Below, piece by piece: positions 13,010 to 27,194 of a DNA stretch of 64,000 nucleotides (its first letter is position 1; every line of letters begins with the position of its first letter). The notes under the pieces were generated by a model. That model made no database searches. It was not told the origin of the DNA and saw nothing but the letters and a program-made list of their open reading frames with translations. Both the position numbers and the translations under genes were made by a program. The stretch spans positions 3,968,001 through 4,032,000 of the forward strand of contig CDPCPM010000115.1 of the NCBI GenBank assembly GCA_976551045.1, written 5' to 3'. This stretch comes from Glaucostegus cemiculus (Eukaryota).

Positions 13010-13822
13010 ATTAGAGTCATAGAATTGTACAGCATGGAAACCGGTCATTCAGCCCAACAAGTTCATGCTAACCAGTGGGCACCCTCCTGTATTAATGCCA
13101 TTGCTTAGCTCCTGATCTATAGCCTTATATGAATGAACAATCAAGTGTTCATCTTGGCACTTCTTAAATGCTGTCAGCAACCCAGCTTCAGCCACGCTCT
13201 AAGTCACTGCGTTCCAGGTATTTACCACTCTCTGGGTGAAGGTGGTCCCCTTCATATCCCCTCTAAACCTCTTTCCACTTTGTCTAAATCTATATCCTCT
13301 ATTTTTATCTACCTCTGACATGGGGAAAAGTTTCCTACTGTCTAAACTCCTCAATTTTATATACATCAATCATGTCCACTCTTAATCTTCTCTACTCCAG
13401 AGAGAAAAAACAAGCCTCTCTAGTCTCTCATCCTAACTGAGCAGCTCCATCCCAGGCAACATCCTGGTGAATTTCCTCTGCACCTTCTCAAGCACCATCA
13501 CATCCTTCCTATATCTTGGTGACCAGAACTGCATGAAGTATTCCAGCTGAGGTCTGACCAAATTCTTACAATGTTGAAGCACAAACTTCCTACTTCTTTA
13601 TTTGATGCCCCAACTAATGAAGGACAGTATCCCAGATGCCTTCCTAACCACATTGTCTACCTGCATTGCCACCTTCAAGGATATATGGACTTGTACTCTG
13701 AAGTCGCTCTGTTCTCCAGTACTACCCATCACCCTACCATTCATGGTTTATGTCTTAGTCTCATTAGTACCCTAAAATGTATCACCTCATATTTGTCTGT
13801 ATTAACTTGTCATTTTTCAGCC
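13010..13822 (-). mobile_element. CR1 3' fragment
   Basis: Antisense of RT C-terminal motifs (gaccagaactgcatgaagtattccag; caggcaacatcctggtgaat) plus the CR1 tail. Confidence 0.82.
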
Positions 13823-15300
13823 ATACTTGTAGAATGCCTTGGGGTTTTCCTTAATCCTGCCCACCAAGGCCTTCTCATGTCCCCTTCTGGCTCTCCTAAT
13901 TTCCTTCTTAAGCTCCTTCCTGTTAGCCTTATAACTCTTTCAGATCTCTAACATTACCTTGGTCTCTGTACTTTTTGTAAGCTTTTCTCTTCCTTTTGAC
14001 TAGATTTATTACCGCCTTCGTACACCACAGTTCCTGTATCTTCTCATGACTCCCGTCTCATTGGAACATGCCTATGCAGAACACCACACAAATATCCCCT
14101 GAATATTTGCCACATTTCTTCTGTACTTTTCCATGAGAACATTTGTTTCCAATTTAAGCTTCCAATTTCCTGCCTGAGAGCCTCATAATTCCCTTTACTC
14201 CAAGTAAATGCCTTTCTAGTCCGTCTATTCCTATTTCTCTCCAATGCTATTGTAAAGGAGATAGAATTATGATCACCATCTCCAAGATTCTCTCCTACTG
14301 AGAGATCTGACACCTGACCAGGTTCATTTCCCAATACCAAATCAAGCACAGCCTCTCCTCTTGTAGGCTTATCTACATACTGTGTCAAGAATCCTTCCTG
14401 AACAAACTCAAACTTCACGCCATCTAAACCCCTCATTGTGTGGAGATGCCAATCGATGTTTGGGAAATTAAAATCTCCCATCACAACAACTCTATTATCA
14501 CATCTTTCTAGGATATGCTTCCCCATCTGCTCCTCAATATCCCTGTTACTATTGGGCAGCCTATAAAAAACACCCAGTAAAGTTATTGACCCATTCCTTT
14601 TCCTAACCTCCACCCAGAGACTCCGCAGACAGTCCCTCCATGACGTCCACCTTTTATGAAACCATGACACTATCTCTGATCAACAGTGCCACTCCCCCAA
14701 CTCTTTTGCCTCCCTCCGTGGCCTTTCTGAAACATTTAAAACCCGGCACTTGAAGTAACCATTCCAGTCCCTGAGCCATCCAAGTCCCTGTAATGGCCAC
14801 CACATCATAGCTCCAATTATTTATCCAAGCTCTAAGCTCATCGCCTTGTTGCAATACTCCTTGCATTAAAATAGACACATCTCAAACTGGTCTGAGCACG
14901 TCCCTTCTCCATCACCTGCAGAGCCAAATACCTCTTCCTCCATCTCTCCAGTTCAAATCCCAACACCCCCCCCCAACAACTCTAGTTTAAACAACCCCCA
15001 GTAGCCTTAGCAAACCTCCCCGCCAGGAATATTGGTGCCCCTGGGATTCAAGTGCAACCAGTCCTCTTTGTACAGGGCATACCTGCCCAAAAAGAGGCCC
15101 CAATGATCCAGAAATCTGAATCCCTGCCCCTTACTCCAATCCCTCAGCCACACATCTACACTTCACCTCATTCTATTCCTTTACTCACTGTCACGTGACA
15201 CAGGCAGTAATCCTGAAATTACTACCTTTGAGGTCCTGCTTCTCAACTTCCTTCCCAAATTCCTATAGTCATTTTTCAGGACCTCATCCCTTTTCCTACC
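13823..15300 (-). mobile_element. CR1 5' part: end of ORF1 (SGNH esterase-like) and ORF2 AP-endonuclease
   Basis: ORFs 14654-14878 and 14044-14670 give YDVVAITGTW, GGVALLIR, GVFYRLPN, MGDFNFPNIDW, LDLVLGNE and DHNSISF. Around 15030-15150 the minus strand reads WSKGQGFRFLDHWG...DWLHLNPRG, the DxxH of the CR1 ORF1 esterase. Confidence 0.92.
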
Positions 15301-16259
15301 CATGTCATTTTTTTTATTATATACTCTTGATGGTCTTCCACCATCATTAGTTCCCCATACTTTTCATGTTCCCTTTTTTCTCCTTATCCAAGCCTCAATA
15401 CCCATCGACATCTCAGGTTCACTCTGTTACCCCGGCTTTCACCCTTGCAGGAATGTGTTGGCCAAGAACCCTTGCTTCCCCCACCCCCTTTAAATGCTTC
15501 CCACTGTGCAGATGCTCCCAATCTACCTTATGTTAATGAAATTGACCTTCCCCCAACTTAAGATCTTTGGTTCTGGTCCTTCCCTATCCTTTCCCATAAC
15601 CACTAAAATATGGAGTTATGGTCACTAACTGCTGATCTGTACTGAGGCAATGATGCAGAGATGTAGGTCAAATGAGAGAAGATAACCTGGCTCTACATTC
15701 TAGTTTATTATTGCTAATTGGCAACAAACAAGTAGAGATGGCATCTGAGGAAGGAATGAGGGGATCTCTCCTACCAGCAACAACATGCACACAAATAGAT
15801 TCACATCCTTGGGTCCATCACAGCAGTGTCATCAGACAAGCCAAAAGATATTAGAAAGTCTGATGAAATATTTGACCAAAACTGTAAATGCTCGTGGTGG
15901 GGCCTTAAAAGGAGGTGATGGTGCAGAGTTTAAAGTGAAGATCCAGAGTTTGGGCCCGGGCAGTTGAAGACCATGTGGGGAAGAGATGGGTGAAGGCTGC
16001 ATGGCCCTTTTCCTTTTCTCATTACCCACTGCCAGATTATAGCTTCATCTTACCACCCCACTGAATTACCACTGGGGCATCTTCACACTGGGGAGTTGTG
16101 CAGTTCACAGCGGACATAGAAGACTGAAATATGTGGATAGTGGCTGGTAGTCCCAAAGGGAATTACCAGTGTTATCCATGAAGGTCTGGACTTAAGCTGG
16201 CACACGAAGTTTGGATCAAACTGAAGGATTCCCCAGCATGACAACAGCCAAACCTAATG

Positions 16260-17150
16260 AAAGGTCAGTTGGTGTCATACAGCACAGAAACAGGCCCTTT
16301 GGCCCAACTGGTCTATGCTGACCAAAGAGCCCCATCCAAGCTTGTCCTATTTGTCAGCATTTGGCCCATAATCTTCTTAATTTTTCCAATCCATGTACCA
16401 GTCCAACTGTCTTTTAGAAGTTGTTACTGTACCTGCCTCAACCACTTCTTCTGGCGGCTGATTCCATATACATACTTCCCTCTGTGCAAAAAATGTTGCC
16501 CAAGTTCCTTTTAAATCTTTCCCCTCTCACCTTAAATCTACACCCTCTCATTCTTGAAACACCATCTCTGGGGAAATGACTGAGTGCATTCACATTACTT
16601 ATGCCCCTCATGATTTTATACACCTCCACACAATCACTTCTCAGTCTCTGAGACTAAGAAATAAAGTCCTAGTCAGTCCAACCTCTCCCTATAACTCAGT
16701 CCCTCAAGTCCTGACAACATCCTTGTAAGTCTCTTCAGCACTTTTTCCAGTTTAATAACATCTTTCCTATAGCAGGGTGACCAAAACTGAACACAATACT
16801 CCAAGTACGGCCTCACCTGCACCCTGTACAACTGCACCATGACCTCCCAACTTTTATACTCAATGCCCTGACTTAAGGCCAGCATGCCAAAAGCCTTCCT
16901 CACCACTGTCTGTGACTTTACTTTCAGTGAAGCATGTACTTGTACTCCAATGTCCCTTTGTTCTACAACACACCCAGGGCCCTGCCGCTCTGTGAAAATC
17001 CTACCTGGATTTGACTTTCCAAAATGCAACACCTCCCACTTATCTGAATTAAACTCCATTTGCCACTCCTCAGCCCACTTACTCAGCTGATCAAGATCCC
17101 CCAAAATGTTTGATAATCTTCTTCATTGTCCACTTTATCAACTATTTTAT
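16260..17150 (-). mobile_element. CR1 3' fragment
   Basis: ORF 16673-17104: WAEEWQMEFNSDK, VRPYLEYCVQFWSP. Confidence 0.92.
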
Positions 17151-17154
17151 GTTT

Positions 17155-18110
17155 TAGTCATAAAGTCAGAGGGTCAGAGTTGTACCACACAAGTCTGCAC
17201 TTCAGACCAGAGACTAAGTGTCTGTTAATTGTAGTAATTGTGTCTGATTCCACCTCCTCCTCTGGCAGTTAATTCCAAATATCAACCACTCTGTAAAAAG
17301 AAATTACCCCTCAGATCCCTTTAAAATCTCTTCCTCTTAAAAGTTTGCACTCTTGTTTATGATACCCCTACCATGGGGAACAAAAAAAGATTTTGACTAT
17401 CTGCCCTATCTATTCCATGGAAATAATGTGCATTTATCCACTTCTGTGGATAAAACAGAAATACCATGTACTTATTCAATGGTGAGAGGTTGGGAAGTGA
17501 TGTCCAGAGGAACCTGGGTCTCTTGTACACAAACCACTGAAAGCCAATGTGCATGTGCAGCAGGCAAATTGGTAGGTAAGTTGTACGCTGGCCTTTACTG
17601 AAGAGCTTGTTCACTAAAGATGTCATATTACAATTGGCAAGCCATGGTGAAACCACACCTGGAGAATTACGTACAACTTCGGTTTCCTTACCAAAGAAAA
17701 AGGACATAATTGCTATAAAGGGAATGCAGCAAAGATTCACTAGGGTGGTTCCTGGGATGGTCTGTCCCTCGAGGAAAGATAGAGTAGGCTTGGTCTCTAT
17801 TTGTTAGAGTTTTGAAGAATCAGAAATTAAAATTATTAGAGGGCTCAGAATAGATATGGGAAGGATGTTTCCTTTAGGGGGTTACAATAAGGGGTCTCAA
17901 AATAAGGGGTGGGTAGCTTAGGTCTGAAAACAAGATTTTGTTTCGACTCAGAAGTGGTAAACCTTTGGAATTTTCTACGCCAGAAGGCCACGGGGACTCT
18001 CATTGATTGCATTCAAAAATTAGATTGATCTATCTCTGCATATTAGAGGAATCAAGGGACATGGAGATGAGGTCATGCAGGTCAGTGTAGGTGGTCAGTG
18101 GCCATGACCA
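17155..18110. mobile_element. Short minus CR1 tail (17155-17420) followed by a decayed plus CR1 3' fragment (17480-18110)
   Basis: KKDIIAIKGMQQRFTRVVPGM in ORF 17607-17807; CR1 3' UTR motifs. Confidence 0.75.
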
Positions 18111-18284
18111 GTGAGTCCAGGCAGCAGACAGAATCCAGCTCAGTGTGGGGAAGGTGTGAGAGAAAAAATGGATGTGGGAAGAAACCGGAGCACCAAGGGA
18201 ACCCCACATGGACAGGAGGTAAGTGTAGGAATATCACTTCCTAAAATAAAATCTACAACACTAATTGAGAGAGTTGCTCATAAT

Positions 18285-18640
18285 CATAGAATCATGGAAA
18301 GATAACGTACAGAAACAGGCCCTTCGGCCCAAGTCTGTAATGAACATCAGCCATCCATTTACACTCATCCTACAGTAATCACATTTTTTTTTATTCTCTC
18401 CACATTCTCATCACCTTTCCCCAGATTCTGCTACTCATCTGCACACTAGGGCCAATTTACAGTGATCTACCTCCTAGTAAGTCTTTGGGATGTGGGAGGA
18501 AACGGGAGCACCCAGGAAAATCCACACAGTCACAGGGAAAACGTGCAAACTCTACACAGACAGCACCCGAGGGCAGGATTGAACCCAGGTGTCTGGTGCT
18601 TCGAGGCAACGGCCTTGCATACAATGCCACTCTGCTGTCC
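18285..18640 (-). mobile_element. HE1/V-SINE-type tRNA-derived SINE with CR1-like tail
   Basis: Minus strand has B box gggttcaatcc, V-domain-like gggtgctcccgtttcctcccacatcccaaagac and tail gggccgaagggcctgtttct. Confidence 0.85.
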
Positions 18641-20369
18641 TCAGATGCTGACTGATGAGAACTGCTGTAAGCCTTTAAATACTGCACAATAAGGTCTAAA
18701 GGTTCACTTTTGTTGCTGTGGGAAAGACAAAGTGCCCATACTTCACTAATCCACTAAAATCTTCTAATTTACAAACAAATGAAAAACATTTAACACAGCT
18801 TCCAGAATGATGCTGCCTCTTTAATCTGAGTGCTTTTGAGTGAGTCATTTACTTCTTATAAAACTTTATTATTTCCTCTTATATAAGGTTAATTTAGTTT
18901 TAATTTAGTCTTTTTTCCCCCTTACTCATTTCCTCAAAATACTTCACCATTTCCACAATCATTAACCATAATGTGGTCAGCCTTAACTTAATCATATGCC
19001 TTTTATTAAGGTTAAGTTTAGTTTTAGTCTTTTCATTTGGCCACAGAACCAAGCATTTTGATGCATTCTGACCTTTGAAGCAGATGAGATTCATTCTGTA
19101 TCGCTGACTTGCATCTTTTTATATTTTCTTCAGGTCAATTCATCTTGGGTTGGTTAAAATATTAATGTACTGTCATAGTTATTTATATTTCTATCTCAAT
19201 ATAGAGTCTATATATGAGTCGCTGTAATTTATACCAAGAGTTGCAGCATTTCTTTTTCTGTTATGAAATTCTAATCATCCAAGCATTATACTTCAATGCC
19301 GCAGTAGAAATATATACTGTTATAATGGGGCTATTTTTGCTGCCAATGTTAACCCGCTCCCCATTGATATACATGTTAATTATGGACTTCTCTTTAGCAA
19401 TTCAGTCATTGTGGATATGCTTACAGAAGATGTCCCAGTCCAAAGTGATGAGGATTTACAGCCCAGCAGTGCCATGCACGATGTAACGCCAGGGCAGTAT
19501 TGAGGAGGATGCACACGAAATCATAATTGAACTCCAGAAAAAAAACCTGTTACACAGAAATATAAAAACTGAGAATATATATAGCAGAGCTAAATAGACT
19601 GAATTAGTCTTGAGGCACCAATGCAGAACAGCAGAACTACATTATGGAATGATACCTAACTGCCTGAGCAAGTTCTAAAACACCATAATCACTCCCCATT
19701 AGCACAAGGATCCTAGTACCCAAGACCAGACTCTTCCAATTTAGTTTATGTTCTGGAGACTTTAAGCTCAGGTATCTAGATTTCAGGTATGAATTCACCA
19801 TATTGAAGGATCAGATTAAGAGACCTATGAAACAGAGCTTCAGTGATCTCATTGCTAGTCCATAGATTAGATACCACACAACAGCTTTCTTCCAGCAGAG
19901 CAACACACAAGCAGAGAACTATATGCTTAACCAGAGAAAGCAACAGGGGAAACACAGCTGGAGTCATAAATTATGAGGATTAACACTAGTTGGCTTGACC
20001 AGTACAGGACTGGATCTTTGCTGTTCTCTTGACAGGAACCACATTAGGGTTAGAACATAGAACAGCTCTGCATAGGAACAAGCTGCTTGGCCCACAATGT
20101 CTGTGCCAACTATGATACCAATCTAAACTAACCTTATTTCCCTCCACAAGGTCCATATCCCATTATTCCCTGCCTTTTCATGTGTCTGTCTAAATGCTTC
20201 TTAACAGTTTGCTCCATTCAATGTCTGAATTATAGGTTTTGTTTATTGGTTTCAACCATTTCCTAGTATTGTAGATACAATCAATGCTCATGAAGGCTGT
20301 TGTTTGCCTCAAGACCTTGCACTCAATGAGATGAGTCTTTGGCAGCAATAGCATTTTAGTCCTCATGTA

Positions 20370-20600
20370 AAGAAGATAAACTTACACAAATATAGCTTTC
20401 ATGACCTCAGAAGGTTCCAAAAAATTTTGCAGCCATGAAGTTCTTTTGGCGTACACTCACTTTTCTTGGGTATGAAAGAAGGTCATAGATTTGCTCATAG
20501 CATGGTCTCACAAACAGCAGTATGATAGTGACCAAATAATCCCTTTTTATAATATTGATTGTGGGGTGAATAATGTCAGGACTGTGTTCATTGACCTTTA
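20370..20600 (-). mobile_element. Deu-domain SINE relic
   Basis: cacaaacagcagtatgatagtgaccaaataatc and catgacctcagaaggttccaaa match the other Deu-like copies in this window. Confidence 0.55.
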
Positions 20601-21439
20601 AAGCAGTATTGTTATTTATACTATAGCACTTACCTCCAGCATCAGAAAATACTTATATTTTTTCCAATTGTACTAGCATTAATACATTTACAGGCTTTGA
20701 TTTTCTGCATGTTTGGAACTAGGGGCAAGGGAGAAACTGGTAACACTGAGCAACTAAGTATTGGTGTAGCTAGATTGACCTGTGCTTGTCAAAGATGTCC
20801 ACTGCTCTATCAGTGAAAACAGCATCTGTGAGGAACATGAAAATTCTCCCAGCTTGAAATTCCAATTCTAAATAACATATTTATATCATGTGTTCACAGG
20901 AAGCAATCTATAAACATTTATTTTAGGAACAAGCATTAGCATTGTACACCACCAAACATCTGAAAAGAGAAAAGCCATTCAACTCTGGTAAAAGTTATTT
21001 CTGAATTGCAATTTTGTTTGCTCCAATAAAATATATGAAAAAATGCCTTTTTGATCAAAGTATATTGTACCACACTTCAATCTCAAACTCTTTCATGTTT
21101 GAACCTCTTTACTGAGACTTTTGATGCCGTATCAACATTTAAATGGAAATTCCCTATCCAATCTGAACACAGTCCCTTAAACTTTTAATATAAGATGTAT
21201 TAGATTGGTTGTGAGTAGTTGATATTAGAAAGGTGATTGGGTTGAGACAAAGTCATATTTAAAGAGGAATGTCAGAGATTCTAATGTTTGCTGCCTCCAG
21301 GAAATCTGGTATAATTAAATATATACAAAGGAATCAGGAGCTTTTTTTGGATAAGAGTTGGGCCTTTGTCCACATCAAACAATCCCAGTCCAATTCCCAT
21401 TTTGATGTTTCAGTAAATGACACATAACGGGGTGGCTGG

Positions 21440-21890
21440 ATAACTACATGAGGAAAAATATTGCCAGGACTTGAGGTCCTGAGTTACTGGGAGAAGTTGA
21501 GAAGGATAGTACTTTATTCCTCAGAGCATAGTTGGCTGAGGGGCAACCGTATAGAGATATAAGAAATCATGGTTTTGGGGGTGGGGGGGGAATAGAAAGG
21601 GTGAATGCACACAATATTTTTCTTTTTCACAGGGAAAAGGAATCAAAAATTACAGGGCATAGGTTTATGGTGAGAGTAGAAAGATTTAAAAAGGGACCAG
21701 AGGAACAACTTCTTCACGCAGAGGGTGGTGTGCATATGGAACAAGATGTTACCAGAGGAAGTGGTTGAGGCAGGATTATTAACAACATTTAAAAGGCAAG
21801 GAAAGGCTTAGAGGAACATGGGCATTTTAGTCAACATGGACAAATTGGGCTCGAGGACCTGTTTCCATGCTGTACAACTCTATGACACTA
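21440..21890 (+). mobile_element. CR1 3' fragment
   Basis: gggcataggtttatggtgagagtagaaagattt; tail gacctgtttccatgctgtacaactctatgac. Confidence 0.82.
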
Positions 21891-22432
21891 AGAAAAGGAG
21901 AGAAAAATAGATCAACTGCGATTACCCAATGCTTGACCTTACCTGGTCCAGATGTGGAGAGCTCGTCTTGCTGGCTGAAGTCATTCAACCCTTCAGTGGC
22001 GAGGGCTAAATAGCAGCAGGACTATGAATGGTGAAAAGCCAAAATCGCCTTGAACGGTTTGTCATCTAGCAAAAGTCCACCCTCAGCTTTGCTGGCTATC
22101 ATTTTGTCAGGTGCATTATGAATGTCTCTGAAGTGGAAATTCCAGGTGCTGGGCTGGGACCAGCAAGGTGAGACCCAAAAGAATTACAAGTTGGTGAAAA
22201 TGCCATCAAAATGAGACACACGGATAGTTACATATCTTGCTGCACCATTGGAAAGACTATAGGCTGGGACTTCTACCTGACAGTAAATCCCAATAACGAT
22301 TCCCTCTTAAATCTCAGGGTCAGCTAATTAGAACTAAATTTGGAAGACAACCAAACCACAACCAACCTGGTCAGCATTGATGAGTGAGCCAAGGGTGGTC
22401 CAGAGAAAAAGAACATGAGGGGAAGCAATGAC

Positions 22433-23315
22433 TTAGAACATAGAAAAACTACAGCATAATTCAGGCCCTTCGGCCCACAAAGCTGTGCCGAACATGTCCC
22501 TACACTAGAACTTACTGGGCATTCCTATAGCCCTCTATTTTACCTAGCTCCATGTAACAGTCTCTTGAAAGACCCTATCATATCCGCCACAGGCAGCCCA
22601 TTCCACGCACTCACCACTGAGTAAAAAAACTTACCCCTGGCTTCTCCTCTATATCTACTCCCCAGCACCTTAAACCTATGTCCTCTTGTGGCCACCATTT
22701 CAACCCTGGGGAAAAGCCTCTGACTATCTACCAGATCAATACCTCTCATCTTATATACCTCTATCAGGTCCCCCCTCATCCTTCTCCTCTCCAAGGAGAA
22801 AAGGCCAAGTTCCTGCAAACTACTCTCATAAGGCATGCTCCGCATTCCAGGCAGCATCCTCGTAAACCTTCTCTGAACCGTCTCTATGGCTCCCACACCT
22901 TTCCTGTTAGTGAGGTGACCAGAACTGAGCACAATACTCCAAGTGGGGTCTGACCAGGGACCTATATAACTGAAGCAATACCTCTCAGCTCCTAAGTTCA
23001 ATCCTGCGACTGATGAAGGACAATACACCATACGCCTTCTTAACCACAGAGTCAACCTGTGCAGCCGCCTTGAGCGTCCTATGGACTCGGACCCCAAGGT
23101 CCCTCTGATCCTCCACACTGCCAAGAGTCCTACCATTAATACTACATTCCGCCAACATATTCAACCTACCAAAATGAACCACTTCACACTTATCTGGGTT
23201 GAACTGCATCTGCCACTTCTCAGCCCAACTCTGCATCCTATCTATGTCCCTCTGCAACATCTGACAGTCCTCCAAACTATCCACAACACCCCCAACCTTT
23301 GTGGCATCTGCAAGA
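22433..23315 (-). mobile_element. CR1 3' fragment, fairly young
   Basis: LQRDIDRMQSWAEKWQMQFNPDKCEVVHFG; VQRRFTRMLPG; RRRMRGDLIEVYK. Confidence 0.95.
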
Positions 23316-24329
23316 CTTGACTGTACCCAAGGGATTAAAAATTGACATGGCTATGAATTGATTGAAGGGCTTGGTAATCAGTTCAGCTGGCAAGTAATAG
23401 CTGGCAAGCTTGCTCTGTATTGCTTTCCAGGTGATGTGGCAGAGGAGGGTGTAATAATTAATGGTGTTGGCAATAGGAGATCAACTCACTTTGAAAAAGG
23501 GAGCAGTGGCTGTGATGAATTATATTGGAAGCCACTTCCATCCTTCATGGATGAAATAAGAAAGGCAATTCATCAACAAATACCAGTGCTGCTCCAGAAG
23601 TAGTGTACCTAATCCTTGAACAAAACAAAACACTATGCACCTCACTCAAAAGAGAACAAAGGCAAGGGAAGAACCTAGCTTGTATGTCCCATTTCCAAAG
23701 CTAAATGTGACAGCTGCAACTGTTTAGACCACAGAATAAGATATGCAGACGCAATATTAATTATTGTGTGTTCCATCAATTGTATATAGGCCTTGTGGAA
23801 GCAGATCTGGGTGAAAACCCTTCCTTGGGGCAGTGGTGGTGTGTGATCTGGTGGCAAATGTTTTACATGGAAGTTACAAAGCAAGATAAATGGGAGTTGG
23901 AACATGGACAGGATGTGAGGAGTCAGAAAGGCTTGTACTACAGTGCAGAGGTCTCCAGGGTCACCTTTCACCTGAAATTAAAGAGAGTACAGCACAGGAG
24001 GCCACTCAGACCATCGTGTCTGTGACTCTTCAAAACAGCAATCCTTCAGGCCTTTTCTTCAGTTCTTTCTCCACATTCCTGCAATAACTTCTCCCAGTAT
24101 TTATCTAATCGTCTTTTGAAAGCACCAGTTGAATTTGTCTTCATTGCCCTACAGACACACATTCTAAATCCCAACCCCCAATTGCATAATTTTTCTTTCC
24201 CTTGTGTCACCTCTGATCTCAAACTAAAGCTACTGGCGCCCTCTGTAGCAATAATTTGGTGTGACAGAATTTGAAAGCAGTATCTTAAAATCAGTCCTGC
24301 AACTTTGCTCACACTCAATTTAGAGCCTT

Positions 24330-24635
24330 CACGTGCTTTCCACAACACACACACACCAACTTCTGTGACCTCCAGAATTAAGTAAGGGAGCAGATGCATG
24401 GGAACACCACCAACAGCAGGTTCCCCTACAAGTTAAATACATATCTTATTTTGGAAATAAATAAATCCCATTGTGGCCAGGTCTAAATGTGGAACTCCCT
24501 ACCAAGAGCACTGCGGAAGCACTTTCACAAGAGGGACTTCAGCACAGCAAGTAGGCAGCTCACCACCACCCTCTCCAGGACAACTGGGGATTGGCAATAG
24601 ATGCTGGCCCTGACAGCAATGCCCACATTCTGAGA
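24330..24635 (+). mobile_element. 3' end of a second CR1/L2-group LINE family (minus copy at about 60880-61035)
   Basis: tggaactccctacc (WNSLP), gcagctcaccaccaccctctc and tail ggcaatagatgctggccctgacagcaatgcccacat; the reverse complement is recognisable at 60890-61030. Confidence 0.6.
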
Positions 24636-24939
24636 AAGGGAGAGAGTGAGAGTGAGTGAGAGAGAAGGGAGGGAGGATGATAAAAAATTTATAACCTCTG
24701 TCACTCCTCCGATGCTCCCACATCCCTGAGCATCACACCTTTCCCCAGGAACTCTGTATATTTCCTACAAAAATGCAGACATACTTCAACCATCTCCAGA
24801 TTGCTCATGCTGTTTTTTTTTAAAAAAATGTCAGTCATTTTAGTTTATTTACCATCAGGGAGAAGGTGGAGTCTTTAAACTTATGTTCCTTTAGGAGTTG
24901 CAAATACCATTTCATGCATTTTGCTGAAAAGATTAATAA

Positions 24940-25220
24940 AAGTCAAACACATCTTTATATACGAGTATTGCAAAACCCAAGAACATCCTCAAATGCTTTA
25001 TAGCCAATAAAGTGTTCAAACTCTAGTCATTACTGCAGTGTAGGAAATGTGGTCTCCATATGCACCCTGTAAGTTCCCAGCAACAACAATTTGATCATGA
25101 TCAGATAATTTGACTGTTCATTAAGTAATGTTGATGAAGGAACAAATACTGGCCAGGACACAGTGGACAACCTTCCTGCTCTTTTCTGATATAGCGCCAG
25201 GGTATCATTAATATGTAATG
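24940..25220 (-). mobile_element. Deu-domain SINE relic
   Basis: tatagccaataaagt...agtcattactgcagtgtaggaaatg...ggaacaaatactggccaggacac. Confidence 0.6.
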
Positions 25221-27194
25221 ATGTGATTATCACCGGGGACACAAAAACACTGGTTCAGCCCATGACCAGGATGTTCACCAAATTAAATGTGTGCTCACTT
25301 TTTCAAAATCCAGATTAGTCTGGGAACTCAGGTGGAACTATAAGAATCTAGGGTAAATAATAAAGCTTTCACTACTGTCAGTCACAGATGGAACATTGGC
25401 CTTTTTAATAGAAGGATGCAATCTGGAAACAATCCATTTGTTCTCAACATCTGCTGTCAGTAAATCTACAGCATGTTTATAAAACTACATCTTATCGCTG
25501 GTCACATTTCCCACACCATTGGCCAATTGCCAATATAGAAGTGCATTTGCCCCTAGATACTTCTGTAAAGGTAATGATAGGATGGAACAATGCAAGAGCC
25601 TAACTACACCCATTGACTCCACTGAGCGAACAATAAAAGTCTGAAGATAACCTGTTCTTTAAAGCTATGACAGAATGTGATAATATAAAAAGATGCTTCC
25701 AGAGCAAGATAGTCCTCAAAAAAAAAATTTGGTCTTTAAGTGGAATCTGTACAGAGAGAGAGAGACAGAGAACGCGAGTTCTTTGTTTTAACCAAGGAGT
25801 GCAGATAAGGTGAATAGTATAGAAACACTTATGGAAAAGCTGGAGAAAGAATAGGAAATTGTGCCAAGGTGGGGGTAAGAGACCATTGTGGTACGTAAAC
25901 AGCAGCTTTCTTTGCAAATCCAAGGAAGCTGGTTTACAAAATGATCCAAATTAATATCTACATGTCAGAACTTAAATCTGCAATTAACATATTCTGGAAT
26001 AGAATCATGCACATCGCGGTTATGTGAACTGTGTAAACATTCCCGGATAGTTTTTCAATGTTTGTACATAAAGATAACATTGCAGATTGGTCTCAGATAT
26101 GGAAGTTGCCAGATTTTTTTTTGTGCTTCTGTTGAAAAACAGAAATTAAGAACAAGGCAATCAATCTGTAATGTTGACTTTGCATTCAGGCAGCAGGTTA
26201 AAAGTCTGCCCCACCTCCACTCTATATGGACCTGTTCAATACAACATGGCTGAAACAAAAAGAATTACATGGTTAAATGATGCAAGAATATCTAAAAGAT
26301 ATCCCTTGCTGTCTGCATTCAGTTTAGATGTAACCTTAGGATTCATTTTACCCCATCATGCTTTTTAGTGTCCATTTTAAGTTCTATACTCCTAATGTTC
26401 AGCTATCTAGTACCAATTTTGTTCAAATGCTGTAAAATTAAATTGACCCAACACCCACTTGTAAACATGAAGAACAGTAACTGTTGCAATGTGGAATAAT
26501 TTAAAGAGTCACAGTTATAAAGATACATTGTTCTCACAGTGTTTGTTCACTCACAGTAATCGGGAGTGTATTTGACAAGGGCAAGCACAATTGGGTGGCT
26601 TCCCACTGAATTTATTCAGCTGAGATTGTGTACCTACTGTATGAAGCACAAAATTCAGAGCAGCACAGAGATTAAAGTCTAGGACAAACTTGCTAGCTTT
26701 TATCTTTTGGTGGGTCCTGGGACTTGGAGAATGTGACACTTATCTGCTTCTAGTACAAGCCATCAGATATAATACAACTAGCAGCAGATATTCATCAGTT
26801 TCCATTCTGTCTGAGGCTCTACAAGCAAGAACTGGGAAGAATATTCCTTAGTCCAACACTATCACCACACCCCTCTGACTCAGCATGCCAATCATTCAGA
26901 GGCATAAGAGTGATATTGTCAATTGGTGATTTGTAAAGGGCAGTTTTAAAGTGTGAGCCATGGAAACAAATGATAAGTTATTTCCTTCCTGATGCTGTCA
27001 TCAGCCAGAGAATTTCAGATCTAAGATTCAGAGGTACCTTATAACCCAATGCACCAACAAATTCTTTTTGATATTTGTTGATTTGTTTACTGTTGCTATT
27101 GGCAGTTCTGTTTAAGTTTCCACATTGCTAAGAGAACCCTAAATCAGGGCCCAATATTCAGGATGCTGGGACTACATCATATAGCAGCACAACA

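Noticed and set aside
26555-26636. Minus-strand exon candidate (catacag ... gtgagt)
   Set aside because: The peptide GTQSQLNKFSGKPPNCACPCQIHSRL is unrecognised and its end phase does not fit the 21943-22005 candidate.
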